NCBI RefSeq assembly: GCF_006345805.1
Contig: NW_021829038.1
Location: forward strand, 1-7,022
DNA length: 7,022 bases
Reading direction: 5' to 3'
Origin: Octopus sinensis
Taxonomy: Eukaryota
The notes beneath the pieces were generated by a model, which saw only the letters and a list, made by a program, of their open reading frames with translations, was not told the DNA's origin and made no database searches. The position numbers were made by a program, and so were the translations under genes. This document shows, piece after piece, positions 1 to 7,022 of this stretch (the first letter of the stretch is position 1; each line of letters begins with the position of its first letter).

Positions 1-511
1 GCTTATGACACATCTACTTGGGAAAGACGTGTGATGAGGGGTCACCAATGTGCTACCCAACTGGGCTAGCACAGGCTAGAATAGTAGCAATGATAGAGGG
101 GTAGCAAGAAGTAACAGAACACAAGTATACTGTCCAGTAGAATAAAACAATTGTCTTGGAGTTCCAGATGATGGTGGGTCCCAAGTACTGGCATTCCAGA
201 CATTTCTAAGTTTAAAAAGAACAGGGTGAGCAAAAGCGACTGGCGGTGGAAGAGAGAAAGGGAATTTTGTAGAAAATGAAAGAGTAGAAAATTTCACTGT
301 TATCTTTTAGTAGGAAACTTTAGATAAGGTAATCAAAGATTCATTGTGATTGGTCCAAAAGAAAAAAACAATGCGGACAAGATTACCATACCTGCGAATT
401 CTTTAATTTACAGGTCAGCTTGACCCACGTTAACTTACGGTTAGTGGTGAAACCGATTAGATAAATGTTTTCAAAGACTCCACAGTCCATTTTCAAACTT
501 CCTTCACGCCT

Positions 512-581
512 TCGCTCTCGCTCTCACTCTCTCCCCTCTCCCCCTCTCTCTCCCCCTCTCCCTCTCTCATTTCCCTTCTCC
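512..581. repeat. CT-rich polypyrimidine low-complexity tract
   Basis: (CT)n with C runs, e.g. ctctctcccctctccccctctctctccccctctccctctctc. Confidence 0.9.
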
Positions 582-584
582 TTT

Positions 585-845
585 TGTATATATATGTGTG
601 TGTATGTAAGTATATATGTATGCATACACACACATATATACATACATGCATACATATAGACGCACGCACGTATACGCACGCATGTACACACGTATACAAA
701 AGTATGCATTTATGTATAGAATGTGCATATCTACATGTTTATGCATGTGCTGGCATACCTGAAAGTACGCACGCACACACCCACCTACACACACACACAC
801 ACGCACACTCACACACAAACTTACACACACACATGTATGCATATA
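585..845. repeat. Compound degenerate (TA)/(TG)/(CA)/(CACG) microsatellite
   Basis: Alternating purine-pyrimidine tracts throughout. Confidence 0.9.
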
Positions 846-992
846 CAATTTTGCAAATACCTTCGTAAGAATTTCAATGAGAAAAAAACTCCAGGATATT
901 ATATATACTGGACTAGTAAATAGATAGGTGTGGCTATAAATTGTGTAAGAACAGGATGCAAGGGAGAAGGTCAGGTGGATAGGGTGAAAGGT

Positions 993-1036
993 AAAAAAGA
1001 AAGAAAGAATGAAAAAAAAGAAAGAAAGAAAGAAAT
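993..1036. repeat. (GAAA)n purine-rich tract
   Basis: aaaaaagaaagaaagaatgaaaaaaaagaaagaaagaaagaaa. Confidence 0.85.
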
Positions 1037-1112
1037 AGAGGAAAGGAGTGTAAACCCGAGTAATAATAATGAATTCAAAAGTGGAAGAACAGAACTAAAG
1101 GGAAACGGAGAG

Positions 1113-1224
1113 TATACACAAACACTCACACACTCTTATATACACACACGTACATATACAAACATACACACACACTCATGGACACACATGAATACATATA
1201 CATATATATATATATACACACACA
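1113..1224. repeat. (CA)/(TA) compound microsatellite flanking the mariner on the left
   Basis: Directly visible. Confidence 0.9.
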
Positions 1225-1468
1225 CGAGATCTGATCAATAAGTTTCCAGAATGTTGCCATCGCAACGAAGTTAAAGCACGCAGAGTAAATCCACTTGAAC
1301 AGGATTAACTGTGAACTCTGCTGAGCATGCGCACTAAGTTTTAACCTTCTAGCTCACTTACTCTGTTTACAGCAGTGTTTGGTAGGAAGGTGCTTAGCGT
1401 GTGATCATCGCATTGACCATGATAGAGAAAATTTTCATGGCGATACCTGCTCAGAGGCCTAAGCAAAG
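1225..1468 (+). repeat. Left inverted arm (TIR, 5' UTR and start of transposase)
   Basis: By hand alignment, 1225-1421 pairs without gaps to the reverse complement of 1921-2117 at about 155/197 identities (~79%). 1436-1468 pairs with 1845-1877 at 28/33. About 29 bp are missing from this arm between the two blocks. Confidence 0.93.
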
Positions 1469-1846
1469 ATGCAGAAAGTGTATGGAGAGGATTGTATGAG
1501 CCGCACACAAGTGGACGAGTGGTTCAGACGTTTCCAATATGGCCGAAATATGCCGATATTGACGAACGTTTTGAGAGACCCACTACTTGCAGAACTGCGA
1601 AAAACATCGCAGATATGCGTAAAGCTGGGAGGGGAAATTGGCGAATCGCCATAACCGTGAGTTATCAGAAACTTGTAGACTAGTTACCGTTCAGTTCAGT
1701 CCATTATCACTGAAGATTTGGATATGAGACGCGTGTCTGCCAAGTTTGTGTCAAAACTGCTTTCAGCTGACCAAAAGGACACTCGGGTTTCAGTTGCACA
1801 AGATCTCCTTGATTGTGTCGAGAACGATGAAAACCTTTTGAAAACT
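1419..1846 (+). pseudogene. Mariner transposase pseudogene, N-terminal DNA-binding (double HTH) region and linker only, frameshifted and truncated before the catalytic domain
   Basis: ATG at 1419. QKVYGEDCMSRTQVDEWFRRFQYGR (1472-) fits HTH1. After a frameshift, DERFERPTTCRTAKNIADMR fits the 'D..RSGRP' AT-hook-like linker. From 1691, SVQSIITEDLDMRRVSAKFVSKLLSADQKDTRVSVAQDLLDCVENDENLLKT, where AKFVSKLL is the equivalent of the WVPHEL/FVPKLL motif. It stops just before the expected ITGDETW. Confidence 0.92.
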
Positions 1847-1923
1847 TTGCGGAGGCCTCTGAACAGGTATTACCATGCTTTTAGCAAAATTTGAATCAGA
1901 TTCTCTGCTCAACTTTCTGTCAT
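1845..1923 (-). pseudogene. Second, inverted copy of the first ~26 transposase codons
   Basis: Minus strand ATG ACA GAA A/GTT GAG CAG AGA ATC TGA TTC AAA TTT TGC ..., i.e. the mariner N-terminal EQRxxIKFC motif with stops and a frameshift. Confidence 0.85.
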
Positions 1924-2117
1924 GGCCAATGCGACTATCACACACTACATACCTTCCTATCAATTACTACTGTAAACAGCGGAAGAGAGCTAGAACGTTA
2001 AAATTTAGTTCACACGCATAGCAGAGTTCAAAGTCAATCTGTGCCAAGCGGCTTTATCCTGCGTACTTAAGCTTCGTTACTATGGCAACATTCCGGATAC
2101 TTATTGATCAGACTACG
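1845..2117 (-). repeat. Right inverted arm (inverted copy of the element's 5' end)
   Basis: Same alignment as the left arm. On the minus strand it contains the transposase ATG (1921-1923) followed by VEQRI*FKFC*KHGNTCSEASAK. Confidence 0.93.
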
Positions 2118-2202
2118 TATTTATAAATATATATATGTTGTATATTTGTATGCGTATAGTGTAGTTATGTATGTATATGTGTGTGCGTGTTGCGTGCGTG
2201 TG

Positions 2203-2264
<62 letters not shown>

Positions 2265-2305
2265 AAACGCGCTCGCACACAATAAACACACATACATGTA
2301 TGTAT
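2118..2305. repeat. Compound microsatellite with a perfect (TA)28 core at 2207-2262
   Basis: TG-rich left flank, uninterrupted TA run, CA-rich right flank. Confidence 0.93.
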
Positions 2306-2430
2306 GAAAGCACCCTAGAGAGAAAAAATAACCAATGAAAAGTAAAGAGCGATTAGAATAAAGAGACAGAAAAATAGGACAGATAAAATATAGAAAGAAA
2401 ACATACAAATAAATTAATGAAAATTTTTTA

Positions 2431-2465
<35 letters not shown>

Positions 2466-2466
2466 A
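2431..2466. repeat. (TAAA)9 microsatellite
   Basis: Perfect tetranucleotide repeat. Confidence 0.95.
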
Positions 2467-2574
2467 TGCTAGAAAGGAAATCAGAAACTTTAACGAGAGA
2501 AAGGTAGACGGAAGCACGATTGCGAAAGAATTAGTAGCAAAGTTATGGCGGAAAAAAATATTTTGCTTGGCTTT

Positions 2575-2649
2575 GTTGGTTTGGTAGTGTTGGTGTTGGT
2601 GGTGGTGATGGTGGTGGTGGTGGTGGTGGTGGTGGTAGTAGTAGTTGTT
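2575..2649. repeat. (GGT)n/(GTA)n/(GTT)n compound trinucleotide repeat
   Basis: ggtggtggtgatggtggtggt...ggtagtagtagttgtt. Confidence 0.92.
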
Positions 2650-2713
2650 ATGAAATACTACATGGCAGCTAGTGAGAGGTGACAAATGTTTCAAGCCAAT
2701 CAACTCGTTGAGG

Positions 2714-2773
2714 TGTTTTGTTTTTTGTTGTTTTTTTTTTATTTTGTTTTGCTTTGTTGTTGTTATTTTTTTT
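2714..2773. repeat. T-rich/(TTG)n low-complexity tract
   Basis: Directly visible. Confidence 0.85.
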
Positions 2774-2861
2774 CTAATTGTGACGGCGTTTTACGTTTTG
2801 AATGAAATCCTGCAGACCGTTTGTTTGACGACAAAATAAGAATAAGACGAATTTCAGAAAT

Positions 2862-2926
2862 GGTGATGAAGATCACAGTGACGATGATGTTGATGAGGAT
2901 GATGATGATGATGAGGAAGATCACGG

Positions 2927-2971
<45 letters not shown>

Positions 2972-3011
2972 GATGATGATGATGATGATGGTGATGATGA
3001 CGATGATGATG

Positions 3012-3043
<32 letters not shown>

Positions 3044-3077
3044 GATGATGATGATTATGATGATGATGATGATGATG
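2862..3077. repeat. Long imperfect (GAT)n microsatellite
   Basis: About 70 GAT-type units with GGT/GAC/GAG variants and one phase slip near 2970. Confidence 0.96.
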
Positions 3078-3229
3078 TTTTGGTTTGTATTTGATGTGGA
3101 GGTCCCTTCATTAATTTGCGTATAAATGCCGCCTGCAGTTCCCGTAAAGAACCATTTTCTTTGTTCACGTAGAAATTTCTTCCTTGATTCTCTCAGAGGA
3201 TCCTTTTTTTGGCACCAGAAAGCAAGGGT

Positions 3230-4240
3230 GTTTGTTGTCAGGAAGGTAAATATAGACGAATGGATTAGTATGAATGTACGGATAAGGGTAGATTGAAATA
3301 TAACAGAGCTGAGGCTGTATCAGTAATGAGGATTATAAAATGGTAATTGTTGGAATATGGCAATCACGTTCAGCTAAGCAGAGATCCGTCTTATATTGAA
3401 AGGTCTGGCATCACAAAGGAAACCTGCTTCAGACACTAATAGTAACTTCAGTTTCTCTCCCCATTGTTTTTGTATAACAGTGATGGTACACGGATGAGAA
3501 GGCAATTAGACGGTGCAGGAACCAATACGCAGGCTTGTCTAACCGCGGTCTCCTTTCCCGTCCAGTCAGCTCTGTTTTGTTGGAGGGATTTAATTTTTGT
3601 CCTTCAGAAATTCGCTCCACTGTCCTTGTGTAGAAACAGCGGAGAAGATTGACGAACTTAAGACATCTGATGATATCTCAAAAAACAATGACAGATGTAC
3701 GAACGAAATGAACAATTGTCTCGTATTGCTCATCAACTGGGCTGTACGTGTTTGCTCGCGGAGGTGAAACAATGACTCTGGTGCTATGCTTCCTGCTTTT
3801 GATTGTGTCAGTCTCATAAACATATTGGCCAAGAGTTTCTCAGAAATGGACAGCTGTATTATACACCTGCCGTCGGAGCAAATAAATTTGTCTTCCTTGG
3901 TTTTCTTTTTTTAAGATCGACATTAACATCTTTCCAACGTTGTCGTATATACTGCTCGTTCTGCACTTCAGCGATATAACGGTGGAGCGCTTTTGTGCAG
4001 AGGTAATAACGTCTATTCAAAATTTATAATGGAATATTATTCTGGAGATATTCAGCTTCTTAAAATTTTGATAGCAGCACTAACTTCAGTAAATAGTGAT
4101 GGTTTGTCAAGCTGGTAGATAACTGACATTTCACGAAATTCTTCCATCACAGCTGAATTCAGAGATTTAGGCTGATCATGAAACTGGTGAAAATTAGACC
4201 TCCATTATTGTTGACTACTATTTTTTTCAGTAGACATGAA
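3230..4240 (-). pseudogene. RTE reverse transcriptase pseudogene (many stops, frameshifts and deletions; catalytic YADD eroded)
   Basis: ORF-track entries 3590-3832(-) and 3429-3620(-) are pieces of it. The position expected for LQYADD reads LPFYN (3332-3346), with FQSTL at about the expected spacing downstream. Confidence 0.85.
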
Positions 4241-4566
4241 ACATTCTCATGATATGATTGATACAAGGGAAGAATTCCCAGAAATTGAATATCTTTATTG
4301 CATAAAAAATATATAGAACGTCACATTGGCACTTGTACAACGCAACTTTCATAGTAACATTGGCAGAACGTATTTTCCTGAATCATTTTCTTGCATATGA
4401 TGAAAAGAGTGGCAGAGGAGGCTCAAGTAACAAACGAAGCGCTAAGCACCAAGAAGCTTCTCTTACCACAGTAGATTGCAAGAAATACATAGAGTTTGGG
4501 TGGGGTTTTTTTTCGCCAAAGGATCTACACTTTTAGCCATTTTCTTCTCAGAATAATTTTACGCAA

Positions 4567-4591
4567 ATTGATACGAGTGATTGATACGAGT
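4567..4591. repeat. Short tandem duplication (13-bp period) inside the LINE remnant
   Basis: ATTGATACGAGT at 4567-4578 and at 4580-4591. Confidence 0.85.
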
Positions 4592-4858
4592 AAGTCTTAT
4601 CCGCCATTGTAGGCCGGCATACAGTATCCCTGAGCGTTCACTGCTTTTACACCTAGATCTCAAACCAACCAGATACCATGGATGACCGCAGATGTCCGAC
4701 AAGATTCGTGCCGAGAAAGGGTCTGTGATTTGTCTCACACATTAAGGTGTTTTTCGCTTCAGCACGTTTGCTTCACACGGTCCAGCTGGCATTAATTAAC
4801 TACTAGGGAACCCTTATTCCCTTATACACATACTATACACGTCCAATAGCTGCAGGCG

Positions 4859-4912
4859 TGGCTGTGTGGTCAGACGTTTGCTTCCCAGCCATATGGTTCC
4901 GGGTTCAGTTAC
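4859..4912 (+). promoter_or_regulatory. Internal RNA polymerase III promoter of the SINE (A box and B box)
   Basis: A box-like TGGCTGTGTGG at 4859-4869 and degenerate B box-like GGTTCAGTTAC at 4902-4912, with tRNA-like spacing. Confidence 0.7.
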
Positions 4913-5012
4913 ACTGCGTGGCACCTTGGGTGGGTGTCTTGTACTATAGCCTCGGGCAGACCAAAGCCTTGTGAGTGCATTTAGTAGACGGAAACTGAAA
5001 GAAGCTCGTTGA

Positions 5013-5034
5013 ATATATATATATATATATATGT

Positions 5035-5067
<33 letters not shown>
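5013..5067. repeat. (TA)n(TG)n microsatellite inside the SINE
   Basis: Directly visible between the SINE body and its 3' region. Confidence 0.95.
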
Positions 5068-5068
<1 letters not shown>

Positions 5069-5311
5069 TTTGTGTCTGTGTTTATCCTCTAGCACCGCCT
5101 GACAAACGTGTAAGGGCGTTTGCGTCCCCGTAAACTAGCGGTTCGGCAAAAGAGACCGATAAGATAAGTACGAAGCTAAGCAAAAAATGACTACGTGGAT
5201 CGATTCAATCGACTAAAAAGTTTTCAAGGTGGTGCCCCAGCATGGACACAGTTTAATGGCTGAAATAAATAAAAAATAATGAACGATGAAAAGATACCAC
5301 ACATACCTACC

Positions 5312-5495
5312 TATATGCATATATATGTATATATATATATTATATATATATCTATATATATATATATATATCTATATATATATATATATATTATATATAT
5401 ATATATATATTATATATATATATATATAGTATATATATATACGTATATTTACATGGCTATATACATACTCATTTACACACGTTGACATACACACA
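5312..5495. repeat. Interrupted (TA)n microsatellite with CA-rich tail
   Basis: Directly visible. Confidence 0.93.
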
Positions 5496-5789
5496 ACCAT
5501 GCGCAACTCAAAACATACTAGCTATAGAGTGTGTAACTAATAATTATTCTAATCGACATTGTTATATTAAAGTCGCCCATAAAAATTAAAATAAAATATA
5601 TTACAATTCACGTCATTAAATATTAAAAAATACATTAAAATATTGTAAAAAAAACCCCCATTAAACTTATACTACTTCCTCTTTCTCTTACCAAATCATT
5701 CTTCATTCCTAACTCCGCCTCCTCTGATTGGTTGACGTGTGAGGTTCCATATTGATTCTCATCCATACAGGCTTGATCTCAGTCTTAGT

Positions 5790-6113
5790 GTACACACATC
5801 TCTATCACTCACACTCACACTCCGTCAATCATTCACTCACACACTCATGCTCTCATACTCTGACTCACTCACTCACTCACAATCACTCACGCACGCACAC
5901 AATCTCTCACTCTCTTACTCACTCAGTCTGTCACCTACTTACTCACGCACACTCAATTACTCACAATCAATCAATCATTCACTCAGTCACTCACGCAATC
6001 ACTCACACAGACACTCACTCACGTAGTCACTCACTCACTCACACCCACTCACTCAACTCACTCACTCACTCACTCACTCACTCACTCACTCACACACTCA
6101 CTCAATCACACAC
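5790..6113. repeat. Degenerate (CACT)n tetranucleotide repeat, purest at ~6025-6100
   Basis: actcactcactc units with CAAT/CAGT/CACG variants. Confidence 0.93.
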
Positions 6114-6253
6114 TTCCGTCCCACACTCTCCAATTTCCTATCGCTCTTCCTCACTAGATGTCGTTCCCAGACATACAAAGTATCAACATAGAACATAAAG
6201 ATAATCAAAGCGATTTCACCTATACAGACAAAACACACCACGCGTATCAACAT

Positions 6254-6314
6254 GTGTGTATATATATATATATAATATATATATATATATATTATATATA
6301 TATATATATATATA

Positions 6315-6352
<38 letters not shown>

Positions 6353-6393
6353 TATATATAATCTATATATATATATATATACATGTATATACA
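6254..6393. repeat. Interrupted (TA)n microsatellite
   Basis: Directly visible. Confidence 0.95.
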
Positions 6394-6671
6394 TTCGCAC
6401 AAAATCGATAATGAGCCTATCTGAAACTGGTTGCCTATCTATCGTTTGTGACAAAAATAAACGGTATATATCAAGGTTGCTTGAGGGGGAGTGAAGATAA
6501 AAACACAAAAACAAAGAACAAACACAATGTATAAGTAATAAAAAAATAAAAATAAAACAGAAGAAAAAGAAACTACAACGTACTGACACTTGCTGAGACA
6601 TTACCACGCATGCGCAGACAGAAAACGTACGTATGTACGCACAAACACATTCACACATAAAACAATATCAG

Positions 6672-6889
6672 TATGTAAGTAAATATGTATGAATATATGT
6701 ATGTATGTATGTATGCATGTATGTATGTATGTATGTACGTACGTATGCATGTGTGTATATATTTATAAATACATATAGCTATAAATGTGTACATGTGCAT
6801 ATATATTTATGTGTGGTGTTGCGTTTGTGGTGTATACATACGCACACATACATATTTACACATACATACATAAATAAATACAATATATG

Positions 6890-6920
<31 letters not shown>

Positions 6921-7022
6921 GTAGATATATATACTATATATATATATACTATATATATATATATGTATATATATATATGTATGTGTATATATATATATAT
7001 ATGTATGTGTATATATATATAT
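6672..7022. repeat. Compound (TATG)n/(TG)/(CA)/(TA)n microsatellite running to the window end
   Basis: Directly visible. Confidence 0.93.

Larger units (their letters stand above)
1225..2117 (+). mobile_element. Non-autonomous Tc1/mariner (mariner-type) DNA transposon derivative with very long inverted arms (fold-back/MITE-like)
   Basis: Left end CGAGATCTGATCAATAAGTTTCCAGAATGTTGCCAT (1225-) matches the reverse complement of the right end ATGGCAACATTCCGGATACTTATTGATCAGACTACG (-2117). TA follows at 2118-2119; the left flank reads CA at 1223-1224, probably a mutated TA target duplication. The interior encodes mariner transposase N-terminal fragments. Confidence 0.95.
3080..4790 (-). mobile_element. 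Highly degenerate RTE-clade non-LTR retrotransposon (LINE) fragment: endonuclease C-terminus, linker and reverse transcriptase
   Basis: Collinear minus-strand motifs in the expected order: QLD (4780-4788) and CETNHRP (4719-4739, like APE 'CxTDHRL'); WRSNFHQFHDQP (from 4204, like 'W.EHF..LLN.P'); LDKPSLFTEVSAAIKILRS (~4110-4055); WKD (3928-3936); DKFICSDGRCIIQLSISEKLLANM..RL..APES (like 'GD...C.NYRGISLLS..GK.LA..L..RL...LPES'); LFISFVHLS; KFVNLLRCFY; VRQACVLVP (from 3543, like GVRQGCVLAP); FNIRR (3386-3400, the RTE-typical 'DG.LFN.RRL' insert); FQSTL; LTTNT. The core ~3230-4240 is strong; both ends are weaker and approximate. Confidence 0.88.
4852..5279 (+). mobile_element. tRNA-derived SINE of the octopus type (OR/OK-like, CORE-related body) with internal microsatellite
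   Basis: tRNA-like head GGCGTGGCTGTGTGGT...GGTTCCGGGTTCAGTTACACTGCGTGGCACCTTGGG, body TACTATAGCCTCGGGCAGACCAAAGCCTTGTGAGTG...GACGGAAACTGAAAGAAG, internal (TA)n(TG)n, 3' region ...GCGGTTCGGCAAAAGAGACCGAT...GGTGCCCCAGCATGG...TGAAA and an A-rich tail. Recognised from memory of abundant octopus SINEs; the exact family name is not verified. Confidence 0.9.

Noticed and set aside
465-1241. Cluster of overlapping 60-100 aa ORFs rich in Y/I/H/T/C/V and K/E/R
   Set aside because: These are translations of dinucleotide and GAAA microsatellites, which lack stops in some frames.
2104-2703. YIYI-repeat ORFs and a poly-His ORF (2428-2703, minus)
   Set aside because: Artefacts of the (TA)n, (TAAA)n and (GGT)n repeats, with no domain content.
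2850-3077. Potential poly-Asp coding exon after TTTCAG
   Set aside because: There is a phase slip near 2970, no donor site or flanking exon support, and (GAT)n tracts are common non-coding repeats.
4333-4536. 67-aa plus-strand ORF
   Set aside because: It lies antisense within the decayed RTE linker region and starts at a non-ATG codon.
3080-4790. Possible internal inversion or twin-priming structure in the LINE. Plus-strand peptides such as LAERIFLNH, ASLTTVD and DSLRGSFFGTRKQG loosely resemble RTE segments.
   Set aside because: The same stretches read on the minus strand give RTE motifs in the correct collinear order (QLD, CETNHR, LRKIIL, SSATL, FYAIK, WRSNF). A single uninverted element is more parsimonious, and the plus-strand matches are probably chance.
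4855-4925. tRNA gene
   Set aside because: It is the SINE head: no complete cloverleaf, and it continues directly into the SINE body.
6606-6616. NRF1-like ACGCATGCGCA motif
   Set aside because: It is isolated within alternating purine-pyrimidine DNA, where such strings arise frequently.
5739-6658. Longest ORFs in the track (148 aa His/Ser/Thr/Leu-rich and 186 aa)
   Set aside because: They are kept open by the (CACT)n and (TA)n repeats, have low-complexity composition and show no recognisable protein features.
1-7022. CRISPR array or prokaryotic defence/operon system
   Set aside because: There is no repeat-spacer periodicity or gene-dense structure, and the sequence is clearly eukaryotic repeat DNA.

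Overview
Non-coding, repeat-dominated eukaryotic DNA. It is very probably from an octopus (cephalopod) genome, judging from a recognisable octopus-type tRNA-derived SINE and very high microsatellite density. No host protein-coding gene is supported: the listed ORFs are microsatellite artefacts or fragments of dead transposons. Three mobile elements are embedded among (TA)n/(CA)n/(GAT)n/(CACT)n tracts. (1) An 893-bp non-autonomous mariner derivative (1225-2117) whose 3' half is replaced by an inverted copy of its own 5' end, giving ~245-275 bp inverted arms that include transposase coding sequence. (2) A heavily decayed RTE-clade LINE on the minus strand (~3080-4790), running collinearly from the end of the endonuclease domain through the linker and most of the reverse transcriptase, spread over many frames and mostly invisible in the ORF track. 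(3) A tRNA-derived SINE with an internal (TA)n(TG)n tract (~4852-5279). I do not see a convincing new biological system. The fold-back mariner is the most unusual structure.
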